DNA of 43,803 bases from Pyrinomonadaceae bacterium (lineage in GTDB: Bacteria > Acidobacteriota > Blastocatellia > Pyrinomonadales > Pyrinomonadaceae): assembly GCA_035760085.1 (NCBI GenBank), contig DASTTS010000515.1, positions 1 through 43,803 of the forward strand, given 5' to 3'. The notes beneath the pieces are model-generated. The model made no database searches and was not told the origin of the DNA. It saw only the letters and a program-made list of their open reading frames with translations. Positions 35,701 to 43,803 of this stretch are shown here, piece by piece. A program made the position numbers and the translations under genes. Each line of letters opens with the position of its first letter. The stretch's first letter is position 1.

Positions 35701-35784
35701 CTGTTTGTCTTTGTTTATTTAACAAAGATTCCGTCCCTTCCCGATTTTCTCGAGTTCACAACTAAATATTTTGAGGTAAACCCT

Positions 35785-36825
35785 ATGTCCTTCCCTCTGC
35801 TCTCCGGACTGCGTTCCAACGACCTGGCCATCGATCTCGGCACCGCCAATACCCTTGTGTACGCCAAAGGACGTGGCGTCGTACTGAGCGAACCCTCCAT
35901 CGTCGCTATTAATAAGGTGACAAATAATGTCGAGGCCGTCGGCAAGGACGCGAAGGAGATGCTGGGCCGCACGCCGGGCAACATCGTTGCCATCCGGCCG
36001 ATGCGAGACGGAGTGATTGCCAACTTTGAAGTGACTGAGAAGATGCTTCAGCACTTTATCCGCAAAGCGCACAACGGCCGCACGTGGGTGAGCCCGCGCG
36101 TCGTGATTGGCATTCCGAGCGAGATCACGCAGGTCGAGCGCCGCGCAGTCGAGGATTCTGCTTATCGCGCGAAGGCGTCGGAAGTTTACCTCGTTGAGGA
36201 AGCAGTGGCCGCAGCGATTGGCGCCGGACTTCCCATCACCGAGCCGCAAGGCAACATCGTCGTCGACATCGGCGGCGGCACGACCGATATCGCCGTGATC
36301 AGTCTCGGCGGCATCGTCTACGCACGCGCAGTGCGCACGGCGGGCGACGCGATGGACAACGCGGTGGCCGAGTTCATCAAGCGCAAGTACAACCTTTTAA
36401 TTGGTGAGCGTACGGCGGAAGAGATTAAGATTAATCTTGGTAGCGCGTTTCCACTCGATGAGCCGTTGACGATGGACGTGCGCGGCCGCAATCTCGTGGA
36501 AGGTATTCCGCAGACGATCACCGTGAGTGATGAAGAAGTGCGGCAGGCGCTCGATCCTTCGGTCAGTGCGATCGTGGATGCGGTGCGTGTAGCGCTAGAG
36601 CGAACGCCTCCGGAGCTTTCAGCCGACATCATCGATCGTGGCGTCGTGTTGACAGGCGGTGGCGCATTGCTCGCGAACCTCGACAAGCGTTTGCGCACTG
36701 AGACAGGGCTGCCCGTGTTTGTTGCCGACGATCCGCTGACGTCAGTGGTGTTGGGCGCGGGCAAGATGCTTTCCGATTTCGCGCTACTGAAGCGAGTGAA
36801 GTGGGAAAACACGCTTCAGTATTGA
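35785..36825 (+). CDS. mreB: Rod shape-determining actin homologue MreB
   Basis: [63 protein letters not shown] and [11 protein letters not shown] form the canonical MreB motif set. Confidence 0.95.
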   Translation: MSFPLLSGLRSNDLAIDLGTANTLVYAKGRGVVLSEPSIVAINKVTNNVEAVGKDAKEMLGRTPGNIVAIRPMRDGVIANFEVTEKMLQHFIRKAHNGRTWVSPRVVIGIPSEITQVERRAVEDSAYRAKASEVYLVEEAVAAAIGAGLPITEPQGNIVVDIGGGTTDIAVISLGGIVYARAVRTAGDAMDNAVAEFIKRKYNLLIGERTAEEIKINLGSAFPLDEPLTMDVRGRNLVEGIPQTITVSDEEVRQALDPSVSAIVDAVRVALERTPPELSADIIDRGVVLTGGGALLANLDKRLRTETGLPVFVADDPLTSVVLGAGKMLSDFALLKRVKWENTLQY

Positions 36826-36841
36826 TCTGCGTAATCTGTGG
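36824..36841. repeat. Half-element hybrid between families B and C
   Basis: GATCTGCGTAATCTGTGG resembles the right arm of the 35597 copy (GATCTGTGTAATGTGTGG). It shares the 12-mer TCTGCGTAATCT with the family C palindrome (37509-37520). It overlaps the mreB stop codon. Confidence 0.6.
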
Positions 36842-36843
36842 CC

Positions 36844-37101
36844 ATGTTTGAGTCAGAAGAGCAGAAGAAACGGGTTGAACTCATCATCACGTTGCTGGCG
36901 AAGCTCTACGTGGTGCTCGAGCTTTCCGTCGACCCCTGTCCGGTCTGTCACAAAGCCCTGACCCACGACCTGGAATGTCCCATTTCCCTCGCCTGGACTT
37001 TACTGACTGACGACCAAAAACGCGACGCCCGCAGCGCCATCCGCGCCCTCGCCCTCAGCATCGGCACCGACGAATCCTTCGCCGACCCGATGGTCCACTA
37101 A
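36844..37101 (+). CDS. Hypothetical 85-aa protein (CPVCH...H..EC motif)
   Basis: ORF 36838 (GTG) / ATG 36844. No family recognised and no clear RBS. Confidence 0.4.
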   Translation: MFESEEQKKRVELIITLLAKLYVVLELSVDPCPVCHKALTHDLECPISLAWTLLTDDQKRDARSAIRALALSIGTDESFADPMVH

Positions 37102-37105
37102 CATC

Positions 37106-37136
37106 ATCTTGTAAATCCCGTAATCCTGTCTAACAG
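37106..37136 (-). repeat. Family A half-element (complement orientation)
   Basis: ATCTTGTAAATCCCGTAATCCTGTCTAACAG has the same ...CCTGTCTAACAG end as the 30313 copy. It starts 5 nt after the stop. Confidence 0.8.
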
Positions 37137-37208
37137 CTTTCTCTTTACACTTCGCGAGGCTCGTGATACTCTCAATTGCGAGTAAACGCTTTGTTAAGGA
37201 GATGACTC

Positions 37209-37496
37209 ATGGGTACAAAGGTCCGCCCCAGGCCGAGGAACCTCAGCCAGAAGCTGCGTCAGATCAGAATTGATCTAGGGCTGTCGCAGTTACAAATGAT
37301 CCGGCGGTTGGGTTTTGAGGATTCGCTGCATACTGGCAGGATTTCAGAATACGAGTTGAACATACGCGAGCCGTCGCTTTTAATCTTGCTCGCCTACGCA
37401 CGTCTGGCGGGTGTCCATCTGGAAGAAATCGTGGATGATGACCTCGATCTTCCTACAAGATTGCCCGGGCGAGTGACTTACTGCCGCTCGCAATAA
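37209..37496 (+). CDS. XRE-family helix-turn-helix transcriptional regulator
   Basis: AAGGAG lies upstream of the ATG. LRQIRIDLGLSQLQMIRRLGF....GRISEYELNIREPSLLILLAYARLAGVHLEEIVDD is a typical HTH_XRE. Confidence 0.75.
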   Translation: MGTKVRPRPRNLSQKLRQIRIDLGLSQLQMIRRLGFEDSLHTGRISEYELNIREPSLLILLAYARLAGVHLEEIVDDDLDLPTRLPGRVTYCRSQ

Positions 37497-37504
37497 CCTT
37501 AATT

Positions 37505-37610
37505 CCTCTCTGCGTAATCTCTGCGTTCTCTGCGCCTCCTGCGGTTTACCTGTTTTTGCGGGTTCTTTTTACCGCAGAGGCGCAGAGGACGCAGAGATTA
37601 CGCAGAGAGG
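37505..37610. repeat. Family C (CTCTGCG-word) 106-nt near-perfect palindrome; bidirectional terminator candidate
   Basis: The left arm (37505-37545) is CCTCTCTGCGTAATCTCTGCGTTCTCTGCGCCTCCTGCGGT. The right arm (37571-37610) is its complement with 1 mismatch and 1 indel. The loop is 25 nt and T-rich. It lies between convergent genes. Confidence 0.9.
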
Positions 37611-37617
37611 ATTCAAA

Positions 37618-38448
37618 TTAGGGTTCTGTTAGAGCTGAACGTGCTTTAACTTCGAGAGCGGTTACTGCCCTGCTCTGGCGATGTGACGGCGGGAGCGAGG
37701 CGATGGCTTCGAGGGCCGCGTTGAACGCTGCACGCGCATCTTCATCCCGGCCGGCCAGTTTCAGTATCTCACCACGGCGCACGAGCCAGGCTTCCTTGCG
37801 TTGCGATTGCGCGGAGATTTGATCGAGACGCGTCAACGCGCCATTGTGATTTTTAAGCCGCAGCTCGAGATCGATCGCGGCGAGTTGCAGGGTGACGAGT
37901 GGTCCTAACTTGTTGATACCCTCATCGAGTCCACGTAAAGCTCCGCCGACGCGCTGCTCGTCTGCGGCAAGCACTGCGGCACGCTCTAGATAAAGCGCAG
38001 GCTCGGGTTCAGACGACGCCGCCAGCGCTTGACTGAAGTCCTTAACAGCATCATCACGCAGTCCGAGTTTGGCAAACACGCGTGCGCGCGTGATCAGACC
38101 TTCGTAATGAGCGGGTTGCTGACTGAGAAAGCGATCGAGCGTTAACCTTGCACGCTGAAGCTTGCCCGACTCAAACAACATTTTCCCACGCGCCAGTCCG
38201 ACGATCTTTAAAGTCGGCTGCAAACGTTCAGCTCGATCGTAGTCGGCCGCCGCACGCAACCAATCTCGATGCAGACGGTGCAGCTCGCCACGTTGCAAGT
38301 ACAACGAGGCATTCTTCGGATCGCGTTTGATCTTCGCCGTGATCGCTGCGATCTGTTCGTGTAAACCCTCGTGTGCGCGTGCAAACGAAGGCAGCAGCGC
38401 AATACAGAACGCAACCAGCACCAGCCCGATAAATTTCTTCTGCAACAT
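37618..38448 (-). CDS. Secreted TPR-repeat protein
   Basis: Signal peptide is LVLVAFCIALLPSFARA, followed by successive TPR-like helix pairs. The ATG lies 2 nt after the upstream stop. Confidence 0.75.
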   Translation of the reverse strand: MLQKKFIGLVLVAFCIALLPSFARAHEGLHEQIAAITAKIKRDPKNASLYLQRGELHRLHRDWLRAAADYDRAERLQPTLKIVGLARGKMLFESGKLQRARLTLDRFLSQQPAHYEGLITRARVFAKLGLRDDAVKDFSQALAASSEPEPALYLERAAVLAADEQRVGGALRGLDEGINKLGPLVTLQLAAIDLELRLKNHNGALTRLDQISAQSQRKEAWLVRRGEILKLAGRDEDARAAFNAALEAIASLPPSHRQSRAVTALEVKARSALTEP

Positions 38449-38450
38449 CT

Positions 38451-40577
38451 TTATCTCGGTGTCTTCGCGCCCGCCGTGTTCGAATACGCAGAATTGCCTG
38501 CCGCGTTGAAAGCACGCACGCGATAGTTGTACGCGGTGTTTCGCGATACGGTTGTGTCAGCAAACGTCACAACACCGGCGCCGACCTGCGCGATCTGCGT
38601 GAAGTTGGTGCAGTTCGGATTCTTACAACGCTCGATTCTGAAACCGCTCTCGTCAGTCGAATTGTCAGTCCACGACAGATTGATCCGGCTGTTGGAAACA
38701 GCCGTCGCAGTCAGACTCGTAGGCGCGGCCGGTGGCGCCGGTAGCACAACGCCTCCTTTAACGATTCTGAAGTAATCCCAAACCTCAGCATTCTCACGCA
38801 GGAACTTCGCGTCGAGCGTATCGCCGTTGACGTCGAGCACCATCGAGCCGAGGTTGTTGAGTGAGATAAACATCGCAGGATGGTTCAGCAATCCGCCCGA
38901 GATCTGGCCCGAGCTGCCCGCGACTGCATAGACTGCTCCCTCGTGTGTGCCTGGACCAAGCGTCGGCTTCGTGTAAGCTCCGCTCGCATCCGGACGACCA
39001 CTGCCGCCATTCTTCTTCATCGCCTCCGTGAAAGTCGAAGACGTGCCATAGTGCCCGTCGATCAAGTACGAGCGCTCGTAAGAGTGGCTGTGCCCGGCCA
39101 GGACCAGATCGACGCCCGCTTCTTCGAGAATGGGCAGAAAATTCTGCCGCATCTGTACGAGATTCGTCTCCGTATCGGAATTGTGAGAGCCCTTGCTGTA
39201 TGGCGGATGATGCCAGAAAGCGATGGTCCACTGTCGCGTCGAAGATGCGAGATCCGCCCGCAACCAGGTCGCCATTGGACCAGTCGTCGAGCGATCAGAC
39301 GTCATCGAGTCGAGACAGATGAAGTGAATGTTGCCGTAGTCAAATGAATAATACTTCTCAGTGCCCGACGCCATGCCGCCCGCCTGTGCATTCGTCGGGA
39401 GCGTAAACATCGCGAAGTAAGGAAGACTTGCCGGCGGATTCGATGACTGCGCCGTGTCGTGATTTCCAATCGTGGGCCAAAGTACTGACTGGCGCAGCAC
39501 CGTCGGATACAAGTCAAACACCGCCGCCTGATATTCGCTATCGGTGCCGTTCTCGTAAGCGTTATCGCCGAGCATCAACCAGAGGTTCGTGTGGGTTGAA
39601 CCGGTGAAACTGAGATACGCATTGCGAACGGCCTGGGCGTTGGTGTCGGCCGTGCCGGAGTCGCCCAGGACCCAGATGCGGGTTGGTGTGGCAGTACCCG
39701 CGACTGGCGAAGTCACAAAGAAATGATTCGCATCGTTACCCGCCAGCACCTCAGTCGATGAACCGACCGAGTAAAAGTATTTCGTAGCCGGTGAGAGACC
39801 CGTGACCAGAACTTCGTGCTCGGTCGTCTGTGTGGAATCGCCGGCAACGGAGGTCAGGCTGCCTTGTGTGGTGCCAAAACTCACACGCGTGTCAGTCGCA
39901 ACGTTAGTTCGCCAACGGACGATCGTGCTGTTTGGAGTTCCGATTTGCAGGTATGGACCACGAGTAACAGATGCGGAGCCATCAGATCCGATCAGTTGCA
40001 GATCGAAACTGATATCGGAGCTGGTGCCGCCCGATTGGTGCAACTCCACCGCGATAACGTTTGTGCCGCTAACTAATAACGATGGACTGAGCGGGGTTTG
40101 CACAAACGTCGATTCGTCTGCGCCTGCGATTGCAACCGGTGCGAGGGTGGAGAAACCGATCGTGCCGGTCGGCATGTTGGTCCGCCACACTTCAACGCCG
40201 TTTAGATAAACTACCGCACCGTCGTCGCGCATGAGTCTGAGTGTCAGCGCGTTGAACGCAGCGGCATCAGTGACACTGAAGGCGCGGCGAAAGTAAGTCG
40301 TGATGAACTTGTTGTTCGAGTCAGGACCAAAACCGACAGTCGTCGCTTCATCGCCGTCGCCGTAACCCAACTGCGCCGCGCCGGACGGCCACGTTGAATC
40401 GTTGAAGCCACTGGCGCGCCAGGCGGTTCCCTGATCGGATCCGGTGTCGAGGTATTTCCAGACGGCGCCCGCCGGCACGATTATCGTGTCGGCGGCGCGT
40501 GCGGCTGGCGCAAAGAAGGCGCTGAGAATTGTGAGTAGGAAAGCGAGACGAAGTGTTTTGGCTTGCAGCATGTTCAT
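38451..40577 (-). CDS. Secreted purple-acid-phosphatase-like metallophosphoesterase with N-terminal beta-sandwich domain and C-terminal fibronectin type III domain
   Basis: Signal peptide is ...FFAPAARA. A PAP N-domain TRGPYLQIGTPNSTIVRW is present. The metallophosphoesterase motifs are GDSG, GDNAYENG, GNHD, WHHPPYS and GHSHSYER. The Fn3 reads PTSLTATAVSNSRINLSWTDNS..GFRIERC. Confidence 0.8.
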   Translation of the reverse strand: MNMLQAKTLRLAFLLTILSAFFAPAARAADTIIVPAGAVWKYLDTGSDQGTAWRASGFNDSTWPSGAAQLGYGDGDEATTVGFGPDSNNKFITTYFRRAFSVTDAAAFNALTLRLMRDDGAVVYLNGVEVWRTNMPTGTIGFSTLAPVAIAGADESTFVQTPLSPSLLVSGTNVIAVELHQSGGTSSDISFDLQLIGSDGSASVTRGPYLQIGTPNSTIVRWRTNVATDTRVSFGTTQGSLTSVAGDSTQTTEHEVLVTGLSPATKYFYSVGSSTEVLAGNDANHFFVTSPVAGTATPTRIWVLGDSGTADTNAQAVRNAYLSFTGSTHTNLWLMLGDNAYENGTDSEYQAAVFDLYPTVLRQSVLWPTIGNHDTAQSSNPPASLPYFAMFTLPTNAQAGGMASGTEKYYSFDYGNIHFICLDSMTSDRSTTGPMATWLRADLASSTRQWTIAFWHHPPYSKGSHNSDTETNLVQMRQNFLPILEEAGVDLVLAGHSHSYERSYLIDGHYGTSSTFTEAMKKNGGSGRPDASGAYTKPTLGPGTHEGAVYAVAGSSGQISGGLLNHPAMFISLNNLGSMVLDVNGDTLDAKFLRENAEVWDYFRIVKGGVVLPAPPAAPTSLTATAVSNSRINLSWTDNSTDESGFRIERCKNPNCTNFTQIAQVGAGVVTFADTTVSRNTAYNYRVRAFNAAGNSAYSNTAGAKTPR

Positions 40578-42652
40578 GTTTTTGCCCGTCTGATCCGTGT
40601 TTGCGTCTTTGTTATTCGAGGACTTGTTTCTTCAATGATGCCGCCGCGTGGTACCTTGCGCCGTCCTTTATCGTTATCCACAATCGTGACGGTGGTAACC
40701 TTTGGATTACCTAAGCTCGCGTTTGACACACCGCTCAAAAGCACATTGAAGGTTTCGTTTGCTTCGTTTACCGTATCGTTGATTATCGATATGGTAAAGC
40801 TCTTCGACGTCTCACCCGGTGCGAAATTAAGCGTCCCGGCCACGCCGCTATAGTCATTGAAACCTGACGCAGTGACGTCTAAAGAAGAGTAAACGACACT
40901 GGCGCTTCCCGCCGTACTGCCACTTCGAGTAACAGTGATCGTAAGCGCGCCGGCATCTTCGTTGACAGAGTAAGACGCTGAGTTGAATTGGATCAACGGC
41001 GCTTGCGTCGGAGTTGGAGTTGGTGTCGGGGTTGGTGTGGGTGTTGCCGTTGGTGTCGGAGTTGGAGTTGCCGTTGGTGTCGGAGTTGGAGTCGGAGTTG
41101 GTGTAATCGTTGTCGAACCCTGCGCAGCTAAAAACGCGTCCATATCGACACCGAGATCTTTCCCATCCGTTCCCGCATTCTTAAACAGACTGCCTGATGC
41201 CAATCGATAGTTCCCATTCGCGAGGTCGGTGAAACCAACCTGCGATGTAAGCACGAAAGTATTTCCGGTTGGGTACATGGAACCATCGCGACCAGCCGCA
41301 TTGTTCTTCGTATAAACGTAGGAGGAGTAATAGCCTTCAAGTCCCGGCGCCCCTTCACCGACGCCGCTACCGAACACACCGTAGCCGCCTTCCGAAAACA
41401 AGTTGTCGCGAATGACCAGGCCCGAGCCTTTTGGAGTGCCGGTGCCGGCATCCATCGTAAGGATGTTGCCGCCTTTGAAAACCGTATTATGAGTGATTTG
41501 TATATCGTTCGGACCGTTGAGAAGAACGAACGCATCGTAAACGCCGGTTTTTTCGAAGATATTATTCGAGATCGTGATCTTACTCGTAATCGCGCCTTTG
41601 CTCTCCGCATCCGTCTTTAGTATCAACACTCCGCCCTGCGTGTTTGTCACTTTATTGTTCGTGACGGTCACGTTTTCGACCACTGACCAGGGAGCATTAC
41701 CGTCCTGGTTTCTTGCCGTGAAGACAAGCGGGACGCCATTCTGTCCATCGAGCCAGTTATTCTGAAAAATATTTCCATCGATCGTTACGCGACGCGCGTT
41801 CTTCAATTCCAAATGGTTCTTTATCGTCCAGTGGCGACCGAGATACGAAGGATCACCGACTTTCCAACTCAGCGGTTTGAAGAAGAGGTTGCCGCGAATC
41901 TCGATGTCAGACGGTACGAGGTTTGGAATCTTTGGGTCGGAGCCGCCAAACATTACGTTTTCAGCCGCCGCTTCCAGGTAGTTGTTGATGATGTGATAGG
42001 GCCCGGGGCCGTTCCAACCACAAATCGCCTGTGTGTCAGTTGCGATAGCATGAATGTCGGAGATGTAAGAGTTGATAATGGAGGTTTCAGCGCTGTTCAG
42101 ACTTATTCCCCGCTGTAGATCCTGCGCCGCAAACCCATGGACCCACAATCGATCCAGGATCAAATGATGTGGCACTGTTGAAAGATCGGTCTGGTCACCG
42201 TTTCCGAGTCTGACGAGATCGTAGATGAAGTCGGTGGCGGTGAACGTCGAGATATCCAGTCCGATCAGTTTGTAATGATGGGCGGCCGCAGCAGTTTTGA
42301 TTATGGGCTCCGCGCCGAAATTGGCACGCAACTTCGCCAGCAGACTACTTTGTGACGGCGAGACTCGTCCGGTAATTTCAGACGCTCTCGACGATTGAAT
42401 CGTGATGTATGAATCACCGGACTTAACCGGCAAGGTAAAAGGTCCGGTGTAAGTAGCTCCTGCGTCGAGAACTATCGTGTCGCCGGGCACGGCACTGTTG
42501 ATAGCAGCCTGGAGCGAGCCGCCTGCAGGCACCACGATCGTGGCCGCGCGCGCGACTGAAATAGAAATTAGTAAAGTTGAAATGATGACGAGGGCATTGG
42601 TTAGTCTGGGGAAAACGCAGCGTGATGCTGCACACACTTGGGAGATCCGCAC
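40574..42652 (-). CDS. Secreted right-handed beta-helix (pectate-lyase-fold) protein with Pro-Thr linker and Calx-beta domain
   Basis: GTG start at 42652 (GGAG 7 nt upstream). Signal peptide is ...STLLISISVARA. Beta-helix rungs are present (NNYLEAAAENVMFGG, VTNNKVTNTQGG, ISNNIFE, ITHNTVF). The linker reads [33 protein letters not shown]. The Calx-beta domain reads QFNSASYSVNEDAGALTITVTR...GTLNFAPGETSKSFTISIINDTVNEANETF. An ATGA overlap couples it to the next gene. Confidence 0.8.
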   Translation of the reverse strand: MRISQVCAASRCVFPRLTNALVIISTLLISISVARAATIVVPAGGSLQAAINSAVPGDTIVLDAGATYTGPFTLPVKSGDSYITIQSSRASEITGRVSPSQSSLLAKLRANFGAEPIIKTAAAAHHYKLIGLDISTFTATDFIYDLVRLGNGDQTDLSTVPHHLILDRLWVHGFAAQDLQRGISLNSAETSIINSYISDIHAIATDTQAICGWNGPGPYHIINNYLEAAAENVMFGGSDPKIPNLVPSDIEIRGNLFFKPLSWKVGDPSYLGRHWTIKNHLELKNARRVTIDGNIFQNNWLDGQNGVPLVFTARNQDGNAPWSVVENVTVTNNKVTNTQGGVLILKTDAESKGAITSKITISNNIFEKTGVYDAFVLLNGPNDIQITHNTVFKGGNILTMDAGTGTPKGSGLVIRDNLFSEGGYGVFGSGVGEGAPGLEGYYSSYVYTKNNAAGRDGSMYPTGNTFVLTSQVGFTDLANGNYRLASGSLFKNAGTDGKDLGVDMDAFLAAQGSTTITPTPTPTPTPTATPTPTPTATPTPTPTPTPTPTQAPLIQFNSASYSVNEDAGALTITVTRSGSTAGSASVVYSSLDVTASGFNDYSGVAGTLNFAPGETSKSFTISIINDTVNEANETFNVLLSGVSNASLGNPKVTTVTIVDNDKGRRKVPRGGIIEETSPRITKTQTRIRRAKT
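40586..40607. repeat. Degenerate family B-like word inside the 3' end of the beta-helix/Calx gene
   Basis: CCGTCTGATCCGTGTTTGCGTC resembles GATCCGTTTAATCCGTGTTTACGG at 17947-17970. It encodes part of the basic tail ...KTQTRIRRAKT. Confidence 0.4.
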
Positions 42653-42851
42653 TTTTTTCTCCGTTCAATGAATACAGGGATAGGTAGAACTTTCGTCTTA
42701 CTCTTAATCGGGGTTTGTATTTATTTATCAGAAGGGCGAACTGCTTAAACGGAAGTAGACACTACAGGAATGAGTGGTCACGAAAGGTTGTGGGGTTGTT
42801 ACAAAATTGTTGTGTGGTAGAGAGCGGTAGCGATCTGGTCACTGAGCAGAA

Positions 42852-42933
42852 TTCTCACGCGGCAGCGCAACGGCGCAAAGCGCTGCCGGGTTTCTAAAGG
42901 GTTTCTTTGCGCCCTTGCGCCGCTGCGTGAGAA
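42852..42933. repeat. Family D-like palindrome, copy 2
   Basis: TTCTCACGCGGCAGCGCAACGGCGCAAAG ... CTTTGCGCCCTTGCGCCGCTGCGTGAGAA. The arms differ at 3 positions. It shares GGCGCAAAG words with copy 1. Confidence 0.8.
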
Positions 42934-42998
42934 GCCATTCTTTCCAAAACAGCGGGGCGAAAACGATCAACGGTAGTAGTTTCATCTGCACCAAAATG

Positions 42999-43028
42999 TT
43001 GACATTCGCAAATTTTCGGCGTAAGAAT
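42999..43028 (+). promoter_or_regulatory. Sigma70-like promoter candidate for the protease gene
   Basis: TTGACA (42999-43004), a 17-nt spacer, then TAAGAAT (43022-43028). Confidence 0.45.
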
Positions 43029-43140
43029 GATTCCCCCGTCCGCCAGTCAGGCGCCTTATTTTTAAAAAAACTGAATATCGCACTTGCGAGCTGCCGGGTA
43101 CCTCTGTATTCCAAGTTTTTACAGTAAAGGAGAGCCTCTC

Positions 43141-43803
43141 ATGTTTAGACTCAAGACCCTGTTGGTCTTAGCCCTCGTCGCTACGCTCACCCTGTTTAGC
43201 TCACTGCTAACACCCGGTTTGGCGGACGGCGGAGCTAATCACCGCGTTCGTAATCAACACTTCGGCGTCTCGGGCGGAAACGTCAACGACATCACCACCC
43301 GTTTCTGTTGCAGCGGCACTCTCGGCGCACTGATCACAGCCGGCGGCGTCCAGTATGTCCTCAGCAACAATCACGTGCTCGCACGCGGCGATCAAGCGGT
43401 CGCCGGTGAAGACGTTTCTCAGCCAGGTCTGATCGACAGCAATTGTAATGTTTCAACTGTCGTCGCTGACTTTACGGGCGCAGCCCCGCTCGGTTCCAAC
43501 GTTGATGCCGCCGTCGCACAATTACGATCGGGCACGATGGATTCATCGGGCTTCATCGAAGACATCGGCGTTCCAAGCAGCACAATTGTGAACCCATCCG
43601 TCGGCCTCAGCGTAGCGAAAAGCGGGCGTACAACCGGATTCACAACGGGAACGATCGGGTCGATCAACACGAGCGTGAACGTTCAGTACCAGCGCAACTG
43701 CGGCTCAGGCAAAAAGTTCACCGTCTCCTACACCAACCAGGTGGTAATCAATAGCAGCACGTTCAGCGCAGGTGGTGACTCAGGCTCTCTGATCGTCACC
43801 AAC
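43141..43803 (+). CDS. Secreted chymotrypsin-fold (S1, alpha-lytic-protease-like) serine protease, N-terminal part (runs off the right edge)
   Basis: AAGGAGA precedes ATG 43141. Manual translation gives MFRLKTLLVLALVATLTLFSSLLTPGLA (signal peptide). The catalytic residues sit in SNNHVLA (His), NVDAAVAQL (Asp) and AGGDSGSLIV (Ser). The frame is open to the window end, so it is not in the ORF track. Confidence 0.8.
   Translation, partial: MFRLKTLLVLALVATLTLFSSLLTPGLADGGANHRVRNQHFGVSGGNVNDITTRFCCSGTLGALITAGGVQYVLSNNHVLARGDQAVAGEDVSQPGLIDSNCNVSTVVADFTGAAPLGSNVDAAVAQLRSGTMDSSGFIEDIGVPSSTIVNPSVGLSVAKSGRTTGFTTGTIGSINTSVNVQYQRNCGSGKKFTVSYTNQVVINSSTFSAGGDSGSLIVTN

Noticed and set aside
35715-36812. 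Antisense ORFs 35715..36023, 35719..36249 and 36318..36812 across mreB
   Set aside because: mreB on the + strand is unambiguous, so these are shadow frames.
10651-37136. Possibility that the ACAGGATT-word repeats are a CRISPR array or its remnants
   Set aside because: The copies are dispersed over 27 kb in separate intergenic gaps, vary in length and orientation, and have no regular repeat-spacer periodicity. No cas genes are present.
42653-43140. Small ORFs 42715..42897, 42839..43114 and 42915..43127 in the gap before the protease gene
   Set aside because: They have no RBS, overlap one another in different frames, and partly translate the family D-like palindrome. The region is better explained as promoter, leader and repeat.

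Overview
The window is a gene-dense chromosomal segment with 36 protein-coding genes (two run off the window edges) and one decayed gene remnant. I saw no rRNA, tRNA, CRISPR array, transposase, integrase or phage genes. The PEP-CTERM protein, an 'AIAIPNLL' pilin-like domain and the CSLREA/beta-helix exoproteins suggest an Acidobacteriota-like soil bacterium. That is inference only, because no marker gene is present.

All family calls come from reading the ORF-track translations for motifs; no database search was run. Many ORF-track starts are over-extended (several begin at TTG or GTG), so I trimmed them to an ATG with a Shine-Dalgarno-like site and a sensible N-terminus.

Recognisable content:
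- Cyanophycin synthetase (cphA)
- MreB without mreCD
- A glycosyltransferase / UDP-galactopyranose mutase / small ORF / GH2 cluster
- A CGTase-like GH13 amylase
- A hybrid histidine kinase
- A Tat-exported flavin amine oxidase
- A class III aminotransferase divergent from a PLP dehydratase
- An MddA-like methyltransferase
- Several large secreted beta-helix, phosphoesterase and TPR proteins

Leads most worth a second look:
1. At least five families of intergenic, mostly palindromic repeats built from short duplicated words (ACAGGATT, ACGGAT, CTCTGCG, GGCGCAAAG, and a 90-nt GC-rich double hairpin with terminal inverted repeats). They sit at gene ends, sometimes supply stop codons and C-terminal residues, and one abuts a decayed gene.
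2. A bacterial eRF1/Vms1-like protein whose GGQ-equivalent reads GGWSQ, coupled to an unannotated 53-codon highly charged ORF.
3. An 11-cysteine, 48-residue insertion inside the Tat-exported amine oxidase.
4. A zinc-ribbon / DUF4190 / pilin-like fusion with no prepilin cleavage site, coupled to a UBP-type zinc-finger protein.
5. A TPR-Wza-like exporter coupled to an ankyrin / TM / proline-rich protein.

I cannot show that any of these is a complete novel system. They are hypotheses with stated tests.
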